64,000 nt of DNA from Macrostomum lignano (Eukaryota), in NCBI GenBank assembly GCA_002269645.1, contig NIVC01000983.1, forward strand, positions 62,001 through 126,000, read 5' to 3'. This document shows positions 12,890 to 34,458 of the stretch, one piece after another. Position numbers and translations under genes: made by a program. How positions within the stretch are numbered: position 1 is the first letter of the stretch; every line of letters begins with the position of its first letter. The notes beneath the pieces were generated by a model. That model was not told where the DNA came from and did no database searches. It saw only the letters and a program-made list of their open reading frames with translations.

Positions 12890-14460
12890 GCATGGTAACA
12901 TCTTTTCCAGCGTGACACGCACGTTTTCGATGTGCTTGCTTGCTGTAAACAGATCAATACTAACTTTCTGAAGGAAGCTGGACAGAGGCCAGATTACTGC
13001 CATCACCTCGCCTATCACATGCATGCTTGGGCGCAACCTTGGATTCACTCGGCTGTTGGTATTGGCAACACACACATGTAAGTTGCTATTGGATGGAATA
13101 GTAGTCACGTGACTGCTCTCAGCCAATAGCAACTTACCATGTTGCCAATAGAAATGGCCGGGTGATTCCCAAAGTTGCGCATGTATGATCACATGTAGCG
13201 GCACAATGAAGTTTGGCATTGTGCAGGCAGCCTTCAGCATTTACGCCTTGGCAGTAGTTCTTAGATCGCAATCAGAGGCGGATTCGCAGAAATCAAGAAA
13301 TTCCACAATTGATACAAAAAAGCTGCGAAAACACAAGCACAGCGTCATTCCTCTTGACCCAGCGAGTATTGCAGAGGGTTAGCAGTTTCCACTGACGGCT
13401 TCTGCATGAGCCACTTGCGGTAACTCTTTGAAAGACCTCGAGCCGCTTTGCCGATGAATTGATAAAGTTTGTTACTTCTCCTAAAACTCCCATTGCGTTA
13501 CGAATTGGGGGCAGTTTGCAGGCATGAACGAGTGCAAGGTTTAGGCAGTGACTTGTGTAATGAATGTAGTACACTGCTGGACACTTCTTCCGAACATGTG
13601 CCTAAGCTCCATTGAACTCACCCTGCATTGCAGCGGCCCCATCGTAGCCTTGACCTGCGAGTAGGTGGTAGTTGATGCCCAACTTCTCGAGAAAACTGAA
13701 CAATACAGCAGCGAGTGCTGAGCTGGACTGATTGGTCACATGAACAAATCTGAGAAAATCTTCCCTGAGAGTGCAGTCAGCATCAACATACCGAGCAGCA
13801 ACTGACATCTGCTCCTTTTTTGAGTTGTCACATGTCTCATCCATGAGGACAGAAAAAAAAATTGCTGCATTGACTTTGGTAGCCAGAATTTCCTGAATCA
13901 CGCAACTAGCGGCTTCGAGGAGCTCGTTTTAAATTGTCTTGCTGATGTATGTTGTATTTGCTGCTGAATTCTTGAAATTCTTCTCTAACGCTCAGCATCA
14001 TGTTGATCAGCATCAACGTGAAACTGCAGTAAAGCGCAAAAGTTGCCGCTGCCTGAAACCATCAAATTGTTGTCACTTGTAAGGCAGCTTTGCTCATACT
14101 AACACTGAGTTTAAACAAAAATATAGTGTCATTTTTATTATCTATGCCTTTCTCTAAGCACTCTTGCTACTAGTATTTGCTTGGACAAAATTACCACAGG
14201 GATTTTGGAAAGGTCCTTTTAAGCTAGGGGTCTTAACTAGCTATATGGCCCATCTTGGCCACAACTGGCTGCAGTGTCAGTGCGAACTTCCAGGTGGTCC
14301 ATTTACCAATCTCATCCTCAATGTAATCAGTGCATTCATAACCTTAAAAGGGTCATCTTTTATTTGTGCCCAGTTACAAAAAGTTCTAATTGGTTTGTCC
14401 CAAAACCATTTCAGCCATGGACATTTCACTCCCCAACTGCTTTGTTCATAAACCAAATTG
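12890..14460 (-). mobile_element. Decayed hAT transposase of the ZMYM1/P52rIPK (DUF4371) type
   Basis: Fragments FFSVLMDETCDNSKKEQMSV..RYV...REDFL, GQGYDGAAAMQG, IHYTSHCLNL, LCNTRW, LSSFLQKVSIDL in successive frames; multiple stops and frameshifts. Confidence 0.85.
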
Positions 14461-15043
14461 TTTTTATTGTGTTTTGGTCACAATTGAGATTATATAAAAA
14501 TGTAGTTTGGTAGAGTCTGCAGACAGGCAGAACTGAAACATTCTACAGAACATTAAATGTCAGTTGGTAAATGCAGCCTTGGGCATTCTAACCATAGAAA
14601 AAGAATTAAGTTGGGTTAGGTATTAGGTTATATTTAGAGCTCTATTCAATGCTTATTTTTTATTAACTTGAACTGAAATATATTAAATGTAAATGCTATG
14701 ACAGAAGGGATTACAATTTGGTGCTCATATAAGCATAGGTAAGAATTGTGTTTTTCTAAGAAAAGTCTAAAAAATTAATTAACTAACATTCGCCAGCTTG
14801 GCAGTAGATGTGGCCAAACTGGTTGGTGACCGAACCAAATTGGCTTGGGGGGAGGGCAAAAGGGTCAGAGCGAATTGTCGAATTGAATTGGTTTAGGGGT
14901 GAAACTACCGGTTATTGTTTATAAAAAATGCACAATTGATGAAACTATTTGTGCCGAAGATCCTACTGATAAAAGTAGACACTGAGGTAAATCATACGCG
15001 CACAATTACGCTCGTATTACAAGCAGGCAATTGGCAATTTCAG

Positions 15044-17556
15044 CCTCGCAAGCGCAAGCTAGAGGACGAGTTCGGGCTGGACCCAGCCGACCTAGAGGTG
15101 CCAGCCAGGCGCAACCAGCCCGCGCCAGACCGGGGCACCCTTGGCTACGAGGAGCGGCGCCGGCGCAATAATCAGGCTGTGAGGCGCAGCCGGCAGAGGG
15201 TGCGCGAACGGCAGGACTGGATGCGCGAGCAGATTGACCAGCTGCAGGTACCCGCTAGACTTCATATTCATAAAACTGGTGCCTACAACTGTCTACAGAA
15301 TCGCCCTAAACCCATCTATAAATGGCCTCCAAGCTGCCTACAGAATCGCCCTAAACCCATCTATAAATGGCCTCCAAGCTGCCTACAGAATCGCCCTAAA
15401 CCCATCTATAAATGGTCTCCAAGCTGCTTACAGCATCGCCCTAAACCCATCTATAAATGGCCTCCAAGCTGCTTACAGCATCGCCCTAAACCCATCTATA
15501 AATGGCCTCCAAGCGGCTTACAGAATCTCCCTAAACCCATCTATAAATGGTCTCCAAGCTGCTTACAGAATCGTCCTAAATCCATCTATAAATGGCCTCC
15601 AAGCTGCTTACAGCATCGCCCTAAACCCATCTATAAATGGCCTCCAAGCTGCCTACAGAATCGCCCTGAACCCATCTATAAATGGTCTCCAAGCTGCTTA
15701 CAGAATCGCCCTAAATCCATCTATAAATGGCCTCCAAGCTACTTACAGAATCTCCCTAAACCCATCTATAAATGGCCTCCAAGCTGCTTACAGCATCGCC
15801 CTAAACCCATCTATTAATGGCCTCCAAGCTGCTTACAGAATCGCCCTAAACCCATCTATAAATGGCCTCCAAGCTGCTTACAGAATCGCCCTAAACCCAT
15901 CTATAAATGGTCTCCAAGCTGCTTACAGAATCGCCCTAAACCCAGCCTATAAAGGACCTCCAAGCTGCTTACAGAATCGCCCCTTCCCAGTCCTTCCAGT
16001 TCGCAACTTTCCTTCCCGGTCTTCCATTGTGCTTATAAAACCAAAATTCGACAGGAGCGCAACAGGTCGCTGGAGAGCAGGCTGGTCTACCTGAACGAGA
16101 CCATAGACAGTCTGCGCGAGCTTATTGAGAGACAGCCAACTGAAGAGAACGAACGCCGTTTAGTCGATATTGAGCAGGAGTTCTCGGCTTATCAGGAGCG
16201 GCATCGGTTGCGATTACAGCAGCAGCAGGACCAGGGACAGGCGTCTAGGGTAACTATTTTTATTATTATTAATTATTCGTTTCAGGGTTTTGGGGTAGTT
16301 AGAATTTTGGAATTCTAACGCTCCGATTCATGGATTTTAATTCCGGGTTTAAGGATTTAGAGGCTCCGATCTGGATTTGGGGATTTAGAGTGTCCAATCT
16401 GGATTTGGGGATTTAGAGTGTCCGGTCTGGATTTGGGGATTTAGAGTGTCCGGTCTGGATTTGGGGATTTAGAGTGTCCAATCTGGATTTGGGGATTTAG
16501 AGTGTCCAATCTGGATTTGGGGATTTAGAGTGTCCGGTCTGGATTTGGGGATTTAGAGTGTCCGGTCTGGATTTGGGGATTTAGAGTGTCCGATCTTTAT
16601 TTGGGGGTTTAGAGTGTCCGGTCTGGATTTGGGGATTTAGAGTGTCCGGTCTGGATTTGGGGATTTAGAGTGTCCAATCTGGATTTGGGGATTTAGAGTG
16701 TCCGATCTGGATTTGGGGATTTAGAGTGTCCGATCTTTATTTGGGGATTTAGAGTGTCCGGTCTGGATTTGGGGATTTAGAGTGTCCGATCTTTATTTGG
16801 GGATTTAGAGTGTCCGGTCTGGATTTGGGGATTTAGAGGCTCCGGTCTGGATTTGGGGATTTAGAGGCTCTGATCTGGATTTGGGGATTTAGAGGCTCTG
16901 ATCTGGATTTGGGGATTTAGAGGCTCTGATCTGGATTTGGAGATTTAGAGGCTCTGATCTGGATTTGGAGATTTAGAGGCTCTGGCCTGGATTTGGGAAT
17001 CAACAGGATTCTCAATTTTAATCCTTAATAGGTTCAAGTTTCGCTTGCAATCAGCATTGCTAGATGTAGGGTTGCCGCTGCAGCCTCAGTTGGGTTCTAT
17101 TCGCAGGCTCTGTCCGCCGCATCGCGTCGCCAAGTCACCGCCGCCAATACTGCCGAAAGTCGAGCCGGCGTTGATGGCGGCGGAGGCGGCGCCGGCGGCA
17201 GCAGCAGGCCGGACATCCCGGAGCCCAATCATGACGCGCTCGACCTGATGCTGCAAGAGATGCTTAGAGAGAATCCTCAGCTCGAGCTGACCGGCGGCGG
17301 GCAGCCATCGCGACCTGCGGCGCCTCCCCCGCCCCCAGTGGATGCCGCCGACGACGCCAGCGCCAGCCTGCAACAGCTGCGTCGTCGCGTGGCCCGTCAG
17401 CAAAGCCATGCGCCGTTCCGACTACCGACGCTGTCGATATCGACATCTGCGACCACTGCATCGACGGCGTCGACGTCGGCATCGACAACTCAGCAAAACA
17501 GCGGCGGGGCGGCCAGTTCGCTGATCTTGCATCGGCCGATGGTGCCCCGGCACTGA
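15044..17556 (+). CDS. C/EBP-like bZIP transcription factor; exons 15044-15247, 16055-16249, 17107-17556 (5' end unresolved, possibly a short exon ending at 14986)
   Basis: YEERRRRNNQAVRRSRQRVRERQDWMREQIDQLQ|ERNRSLESRLVYLNETIDSLREL matches the C/EBP basic region and zipper. GT/AG junctions all phase 0 and open to stop at 17556. Confidence 0.8.
15295..15980. repeat. 45-bp intronic minisatellite, about 15 copies
   Basis: Unit CAGAATCGCCCTAAACCCATCTATAAATGGCCTCCAAGCTGCTTA. Confidence 0.95.
16370..16992. repeat. 28-bp intronic minisatellite, about 22 copies
   Basis: Unit TCTGGATTTGGGGATTTAGAGTGTCCGG. Confidence 0.95.
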
Positions 17557-17619
17557 AGCCAATTTAAGGACGCTAGATTGACTTCCTGCTCTTCTTACGA
17601 GTATGTTCTAATTATTGTC

Positions 17620-17920
17620 GGAGGGCGCCAAAATAGTTGTCAAGTAAGGCGCCAAAATAGTTGTCAGGTAAGGCGCCAAAATAGTTGTCAAGTAAGGCGC
17701 CAAAATAGTTGTCAGGTAAGGCGCCAAAATAGTTGTCAGGTAAGGCGCCAAAATAGTTGTCAGGGAAGGCGCCAAAATAGTTGTCAGGGAAGGCGCCAAA
17801 ATAGTTGTCAGATAAGGCGCCAAAAGAGTTGTCATTGAGGCGCCAAATAATTTGTTAGGGAGGGCGCCGAAATAATTGTTAGTGAGGCAGTGGGGGCGCC
17901 AAAATATTTGTCAGAAAAGC
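17620..17920. repeat. 24-bp GGCGCC-core minisatellite just 3' of the bZIP stop
   Basis: Unit AGGCGCCAAAATAGTTGTCAGGTA. Confidence 0.92.
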
Positions 17921-18637
17921 GCGTCGGTACTTGAAAAGCTACTTGCGCTGTCTGCAGACTAGCATCAGTTTGTGCTTGTTTTGGTTGGCCTCAATGAATA
18001 ACGACCCACTTTTCGCGGTAAGAATGACACAGATGACATTGGAACTGTTGCAAAAAGCTTTGTTGATCTGATATGTAATATTTAAAATTGATTTGTGCAT
18101 TTTCTTTCAACGTGTTCGTTTTGTCTTGCACTTTTTCCTGTCGCCAACGTATTTTCTACCTGCTTCATTACAAAGCTTTACTGATTAAATGTATATATAC
18201 CGTTTTTGCTAAGATTTGTCATGGACAGCTAAATTAAAAGGACGCTACCTTTGTTCATGGCGCAAGTTATGCGCTTTTCCAAGGTTCATACAAGAGGTTT
18301 TTTTAACCTCAAGCGAATGTAGCGTCCTTTTAGTTTGTACATGAGATTTGTGCGATTATTTCATTAAATATGCTCTCATTCTGCTCATTATTGTCTTCAT
18401 TAATAAGTCCAAGGGCTTTCATGCAAGCACCCTGGATCTGTGAAATGTATGTTGTCAAAATTGGTTAAAAATCTTTAATAGTCTTTGAATACTTTTTACA
18501 TTACCACCTTCAGCACATAAACAGTAAAACATTACTTTAATTTTTATGAAATTAAAAAACGAAAAAAGGCTTAACTTGCTACTGTTCAAGTCTAAAATGT
18601 TAGTAGGTAGATAGGCAGTAGGTATGCACAATATAAA

Positions 18638-27628
<8,991 letters not shown>

Positions 27629-28299
27629 GCCTGACCGCTGGCCAGGGTTCAGACACCGCCCTGGGGATCCTCCGTTTCTATGCAGTCCAACAACTACTGT
27701 CTCTCTCTCGCTCTCAGGAACAGAAAGCCGCTCCAATAACAGGTGCTGACACAGCCGCCCGTTCAGGGGATTAAGCACTGTCAAGAGAAAGGCTTTTGTG
27801 TATACAGAGTGCTGCTCCGAGAGATCAAGTGGCCCAATGGGAATCGGTCGGAAAATATCGATCTTTGGCCTGTTAGATTCTTGCTCTGTCGCTTTTTTGC
27901 TTTGCGTTGGTAGAGAAAATGGTGTCTTCTAGCAGGAGGGCGGGCGATTGAAACGAGGAAAAAATTTCTAGAAATAAATATGTATTTATAAGCTGAGAGA
28001 GACGCGCAGAGGACAGGACGCGCAAATACTGCTCTCTGGGTGGCGTTTCATATCGAGTTGGGGACTCAGGCACTGAAGTGCGCCAGCTCTCTCTGGATCC
28101 TCCAAGTCCCTCCTCCCCAACTCCCCGGAGATGCCATTCGGCTGCCAAAAAGAATTTGCGACCGCTCGACCTCTCTAGTAGACAGCCGAAGTCGTGAAGT
28201 GGGGGGTCTGTCTGGCTTAAGCCACTTAAAGATGGAGAAGAGAAAGCTGCATTGATATAAGATTAACGCAGCCAATTTTGATTAATGATGATGGCAAAT

Positions 28300-28830
28300 A
28301 GATGGCTTTGACTGCCACAATTTTACTGTCACAATTTGACTGTCACAATTTGACTGTCACAGTTTCCGCTTGCCCCTGGTGACCACGAGCAGCTGGTGCT
28401 GCTGTGTCGCTCAGGGAGATCCGGTGGTGCCGGTGGCGGAAGCGCAGTACCCCACCGGAGAGTCCAGGAGGTGGATGGTCGCTTGCCTGATAGCGGACGA
28501 GCTGGCAAAGATTCTCGGGCCTGAAAAGGTCGGAGTTTGGGCCGAGGTAGGTGAGCCTGTCCTGAGTAAAGGCGGGGCATTCACAGATGAAGTGCTCTGC
28601 ATTCTCGACACCGGAGAGGCAGAAGGGCATTCCTGGCTACGGATTATTTCCCTGGAGGTGACGATGCCTGGCAAAACAGCCATGACCCGAGAGGGCCATG
28701 GTCCCGCCCTGGTGTCCCTGCGGTTGAGTCCAAGCAGGGCGCTGCGGACGATGGGGTAAGGACAGGGGACAGCCTCGCGGGATTGCCGGCAGTCGGGGAC
28801 GTTAGCCCACATCTCCCTGTGCTTTGAAGC
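28300..28830 (-). mobile_element. 5'-truncated non-LTR retrotransposon 3' fragment (R1/LOA/I-like C-terminal zinc knuckle) with tandem-repeat tail
   Basis: [12 protein letters not shown]...[19 protein letters not shown]...[22 protein letters not shown] across frames; TTTGACTGTCACAA repeats at 28305-28362. Confidence 0.65.
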
Positions 28831-29823
28831 CGCCCACTGGTTTCAATTAGTGTCATTTCAATCAGTGAATATAAAAGGTGTAAAGCCTAAACTTTTAAGA
28901 TGCTACGAAGGCATTTCGAAGCATCGTTATTATTGGTAAACTACGAGCTACTTTACTCCTCAAGCAGTCGATTCCACCCTCTTTTTCCCCTCTATCTTCC
29001 CTGTGCAAACAAAGTACTGTTCAGTGTGGGACACGGGGCACCGGGTTTTACCCCTAGGAGTATTTATCTGTCTTTTATACAGTATTTTCCATTATCAGTG
29101 CACTTTTCTGTGCTGTAAAATGCGATTGATTAAACATGAACTGAACCACGGCAACGCCCTGTACATGTACGTGTGGTTGGATATGCAAGAATTGCTTCCA
29201 AACAGAATATACACTAGTAAAACGTATTGCGGTGCGAGCAACCGCGGTAACTGCGGTTAAAATTGTACCTGAAAAAAAGTCTTTTTATTCAAGAAAATTA
29301 ATATTCGATTAAAAGCTTCAATCGATGGACTATTGACGTGATTTTAATGCATATAGTAGCATATACGACTACTCACAAAGCGTCCACTAGTAGAATGATA
29401 CGAACATGAGCTTCATGTAGCGCTGGGAAACATCTCATCGATTTTCGGTTCGATTTGTTTAATTAATTTAATTCTTATTTGTTTAAAAAACATCTTGCAA
29501 GATCTGACGACTGGTACTCAACGCAACGGACATTAAAACCAGATGCTCCTTAAAACGTACTCTGGTTCTTTAAGTGTTTTAGTGCAAGCATTTCAGAGAT
29601 TTTTCATGGTACACTGAATAAGAGATAAGAGAAGAGAACCCGCTCTACTCTGCAGGGACATGTGATTGATTTTGTGCCCCACAGAATGATGTGACAGGAC
29701 AGCAAGGCTGCACAGACAAGGACAATAGTCATGCATTATTCACGGTGCCACTATATTACATAAAGCACGCCTTTGATGCAGTACTCAGCACTGACCCTGG
29801 CCATTCGCTTCTGCGTCTGAGCC

Positions 29824-30675
29824 ATGCCGCGCAACTGCGCAGCTGGCTTAACTGAACCAGCAGCGGAATATAAGAAACAGCTGCGCCGGAATTATTTGAC
29901 CACAAGCTGCTCTCCGGCTGGACACTTCAATCAAGCAGCTGTTTGGTCTGCGCCAGCAAAACTGGGCCAGCAACTCCGCCGCCTCGTCAGCGCCTGCGTG
30001 GCGTCGCCACCATCGTCATCATCCGAGAGGCCGCAGTCGCGCGTCATCCTGCTGGGACTCGACGGGGCCGGCAAGACCAGCCTGCTCGATCGTCTGGCTG
30101 GCGAACGCGACGATTCAGCCGCGGGGGCGTCGACATTCGGCTGTCGAATTCGATCGGCGCTCGGCTTTGAAATTGTCGACGTGCCCGGCGCCGCCCGACT
30201 GCGCCCGCTCTGGCGCTACTACGCCGCGCCGCGCCGAGACCTCGCCCAGGCCGTAGTGTTTGTCGTCGACGGGGCCGACAGCTCGGCCAGACTGGATGAG
30301 GCCGGACGAGAACTCGCTGGCGTTCTGTCTGACAGCGTCGAGCTGGCCGGAGTGCCGGTGCTGGCGCTGGCCAACAAGCGCGACCTGCCCGGATGTGCGT
30401 CGCTGGCTCGAATTCGCGACGCACTGCAACTCGACCGGCTGGCCGAGAGTCGCACCTGCCAGCTCATGGCGGTCTCTGCGGCCACTGGCGACGGCCTGCT
30501 GGAGGCCCGGCAGCTGCTGGAGCGGCTGGTCGAGGAGAATCGGCGATTCACGCGGCGTCGGCGTCGGTACAGTCGACGACGGCATGAGCGCGAGATTTGG
30601 CGACGACTAACGACGCCACCTCCGCCACCTCCTCCGCCGGCGCAGACTTTAGTTGACCTCGGCTCGCGTCTCTGA
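29824..30675 (+). CDS. Intronless divergent Arf/Arl-family small GTPase
   Basis: G1 GLDGAGKT, G3-like VDVPGA, LRPLWRYY, AVVFVVDGAD, G4 ANKRD, G5 VSAATGDGL. Confidence 0.88.
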   Translation: MPRNCAAGLTEPAAEYKKQLRRNYLTTSCSPAGHFNQAAVWSAPAKLGQQLRRLVSACVASPPSSSSERPQSRVILLGLDGAGKTSLLDRLAGERDDSAAGASTFGCRIRSALGFEIVDVPGAARLRPLWRYYAAPRRDLAQAVVFVVDGADSSARLDEAGRELAGVLSDSVELAGVPVLALANKRDLPGCASLARIRDALQLDRLAESRTCQLMAVSAATGDGLLEARQLLERLVEENRRFTRRRRRYSRRRHEREIWRRLTTPPPPPPPPAQTLVDLGSRL

Positions 30676-31763
30676 TCGGTGCGCCCCGGACTGCCAGCAA
30701 ACTGCCAGAAAATGACGCAGAGTGCTCAAACGCTCAAACGCACTGCGGTACTTTTCGAATAGGACTCAACAATTAACCAGCTGTATGGGAATATTTTCAT
30801 TCAGTTTTTTACGTATCCTGCACAAAATTCCGCTGTCACTAATGCGACTGTCGAGTCAATGCCAGTGTCAAAAAGCTGAATATTGGAATGGATACGCAAG
30901 TGCTGAATAGCCGCTGAAGAAGTTACAATTGAAAAAAAACTAACAAGGCATACAAGCTGGGACGCTGCTGCCACCACCGCTTCAACAAATATTGAGAAAA
31001 ATAAGAGAATTTCTAAAAACAAAATAAATTCTCTCCCTAAACTGACAGGTCCAGATCCGTCCTAGTAGTGGTACTCTAGCTAGAATAGAGTATATTGTTA
31101 TTGCTTGTTTACAACTCTTGAGTCACTTCTCAAGAGGCAGCCTACTTAAAACAGCTATCTGATTGACAGCACAACTCTGCTATTTTCTCTGAATTAAAAA
31201 TGCTGCATCTCTGAAATACAGAAATACATCTCTCTGAAAGATGTTGGGAGATTTTGTGTTCTGATGGCGTGTTCTGAAGTAAAAAGTGAAAATTGTCTTG
31301 CATGTTGCTGGGACGTGTCGTTGCCCAACATTCCGCTGGGCCCTAGCGACCAATTTATACTTTTAAGTCGCAGAAAAGTACATGAGGGCAACTTTAGGTG
31401 AGAGCCTGTTGGGACCGTAGCCCCAAAGTCCAACCGCCAGCCAGAAAAATGCGACCCCGGGGGTGGCTTAAGTCCTTACCAGCTCGACCGCTAGCAACCG
31501 AGAAACTCCCACGTCTAAGAGGCCCTACAATACCGGTGAAGAGGCTGAGCCAAACAAAGATACAAAACTGGGCAAACAAAGAAGCTGCCTCTGGAGCCTG
31601 CGAACTGGCCGCATTACCTTACTAACGTAAAAAGTAACGCTCTGCAATGTACACGGGTCGCCTTTTCATTGGCTACCGCTGCATGCAGCCTTAACAAACG
31701 ATTTAAAAGGGGACTCAAGCACCAATTCATTCAACTCAACGAGACTCAAGGGAATCAAACAAC

Positions 31764-32824
31764 ATGCTGACGGATCTGATTTTGCCTCTGCTGCAGCTGC
31801 TGTTGCTGGCTGTCGCTGGTCGAGCCGAAGCTACAAACGGCTGTGCCACGCACCACACTCTGCAGCCGCTGCACAGCGACTCCTGCGTCCCGGACGCCGA
31901 CCTGCAGCGTCAGCTGCGGCTGCCCAACGCGCAGCTCATGCCGGGCGCCTCGGACGCGAAGTCCTGCGCGATGGCCTGCGCTTTCCGACCGAGTGCGTGC
32001 GCGGTCACCCAGTTCCGCTTCGTCGCCCGGCTGTGTCACGTGACTGCGGACCTGCCCGACCGGCCAGCGAGGCCGAGGCGGCCGGCACGGCGAGCCACGG
32101 CGACTGCGTTGCGACGCTGCTAAGACGCGACGCTTCCGGAGCGACCGGCTGGCAGTTCGCCGCTCGGCTGTCGGCCTTCTTCGACTTCCGCATCTCCGAC
32201 CGGAACCTCGGCGTCGTCGGTGTCGGCTCGCCGCTCTCCGCGCCTGCGCAGCTCGTCGGTACCGCCGTGCGCAACGCGTCGGGCGCCGTGCTGCCCGGTC
32301 GGCTCGACTCGTTCGTGATGATCGGCGTGGCGCCGCCGGGTTTCCAGGCCTTCGAATCGTCCTCGAAGGAGTACACATTCTTCTTCAGCATCGCGGGAAT
32401 GCCCAGCGTTCCTACAGGCCAGACGCACCTGCTTCGAATCGTGCCTTCCAGCAATCCAACTAGTAAATTCTGCTCGTTCGCGTATTTTTCAGATGGTGAC
32501 ATGATGTTCGGCAACTTGTTCACTGAAACAATCGGCTACGTGACGGACAACTCCATGCCGCTGGCTGCAAAGCAGAAGTTTAATGTCGCTATGAGATACA
32601 GCACTTCCACAGCCTCTAAGGCCGTGTTCAACGGCTCGATCTACTCCGTCAAGTCATACAACACGGACTACAGTCTCCACACCGACACTGTTTTTGACGA
32701 GATCCGGCTCGGATCGGAAGGCACCCAGAACCACTACAGTCTGGATGCCACCATCGTCTGCTTCGCCATGTCGCAAGGCGCTCTAACAACCCAGGAGCTC
32801 CAGGCTATCGCATCTGTTTGCTGA
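31764..32824 (+). pseudogene. PAN/Apple + LamG-like secreted protein, copy 1 (1-nt deletion near 32056)
   Basis: Signal peptide, C-x3-C-x6-C module; CCTGCC-CGACC lacks one G relative to copies 2 and 3. May be a consensus error. Confidence 0.8.
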
Positions 32825-34288
32825 TAAGCATTGCTTCCTGAGGAACCGAATGCTTCAGTTTGCAGATCTTTGACTTAAATAACTGATGAAATAAACTGTC
32901 CAGTTTTTGGATGCCAGCTTTACAATTTTTAATATTTATTACCTATTGCCCTGGGTTGTAGCCTATAGCGTCCCACTGAACAGCTACGCAAGTGTAATCA
33001 AATATTATGATAATTTATTTATCTGATTATTACTGTTGTTGTCTGTGGTTAAGTTTATTTTACTCCTGTCTAGATAGTCTCTGGCCTACTCTTTCCTAAA
33101 CTCTGTACTAGTTGAGCCTGCTCATAATGTAGCTTCACCCCTTCGCTTTCTGTTTCTATCATTATTTGGCTCACCATTGTACACAACTAACTATACACTG
33201 ATCAGAGTTGTGAGTGAGAGTACAAGCACGCTTCATTTTTTTAAATCGTCAGCAACTATGACTACAAGCGTAGGACATCTGTACTCGCTGAGGTTGCGCT
33301 TGCACTGATGAGTGACCTAATTCCGCCTTTAGTGCAAAATACGGTTCTGGATATTTTAAATCTGTCAAGCACTCTCGTACTTCATTTATTTCAAATGAGA
33401 TGGTTTATGGGATCTTTATCTGGAATGATAGCTATTGTCTCACTATCAACTGAAAATACATTAACTAGATTATGATCAAATCATTATTTTGCAGCAAATG
33501 AGATACTGTTTTTGATTATTCAATGTACGAGCATTTCATTATTTTCTTGTGCATTTCTGGTTTTGTTACCAGCTTCTTTCTCCCATTAGGCCAGAATTTC
33601 AGTCAATATTTGCTGCTACTTAAATGTGCATGAGCAGCAGACGAGATAAATGCTTCGCTTCTCTATTTCCTCGGCTCTCTTCGCTTGGCTTGCTTTCTAT
33701 TTTCTGCTGCTCACTCAGCAATGAATAGACTTGATTTCTGTCTTCCCAGTATCCTGCACTGCTATGAAGCAACTAAAGCATAGAGTAGAGTTCAGTAGCG
33801 TAACCGAGTCACACTTCGCCTCTGCAGCCTCGCCCTAGCGCCTCTCCTCCAGTGGATTCAGCTCTTCCCTTAAATTTCATCCCAGCCAGCGTTATTTTCA
33901 GGCATGACATCAATACGATTATTGTTGAGCTAAATGCGATTTCTTACGAAGGCTGTCTCAAAATTTGGATGAGTTTTCAATCGATCACTTGCCAACTGTC
34001 ATTAAATACCTCATAGTTCACTTAACTGTCCATTCTGCCCTTGTGTTTTTTCAAGAGCGTTGCTATATTATGCAAGATATCAATACATGGAATCCCTGAC
34101 TAAAGCTGGCTTTCTCGTGACGTTAATTGCATTTCGCTTTGATTTGCTTTTGATTGGTCTGTCGGTTTGTTTGATTCACTACGAGTGAGTCACTAACGCG
34201 TTACCAAATGCCTTATTCGTGGCCTCAGGAGCATATTGGGTTAGGAATTAACAACAAGCATTTAACTCGGTGTACATAAGGGAAGGCA

Positions 34289-34458
34289 AGACGGACGAAA
34301 CTCAGCCTGGGGGGCAGGGCAGGCCTAATCTAGCTCAGCCAATGAGAGAGCAGTAAAGAGAGAGGTCAAAGTCAGACGGACGAAACTCAGCCTAGGGGGC
34401 AGGGCAGGCCCAATCTGGCTCAGCCAATGAGAGAGCAGTAAGGAGAGAGAGGTCAAAT
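34289..34458. repeat. Two tandem ~85-bp copies, each with a GCCAAT box
   Basis: AGACGGACGAAACTCAGCCT...CAGCCAATGAGAGAGCAGTAA at 34289 and 34374. Confidence 0.75.

Noticed and set aside
15295-15980. CCCTAAA in the 45-bp unit as interstitial telomere
   Set aside because: One heptamer per unit, not tandem, and not the animal TTAGGG repeat.
14915-16094. 300-aa and 286-aa ORFs with 15-aa repeats
   Set aside because: Read-through of the bZIP donor at 15248 into a 45-bp intronic repeat.
27873-28275. Additional upstream FERM exon
   Set aside because: No convincing donor in a phase compatible with the 27628-27422 exon.
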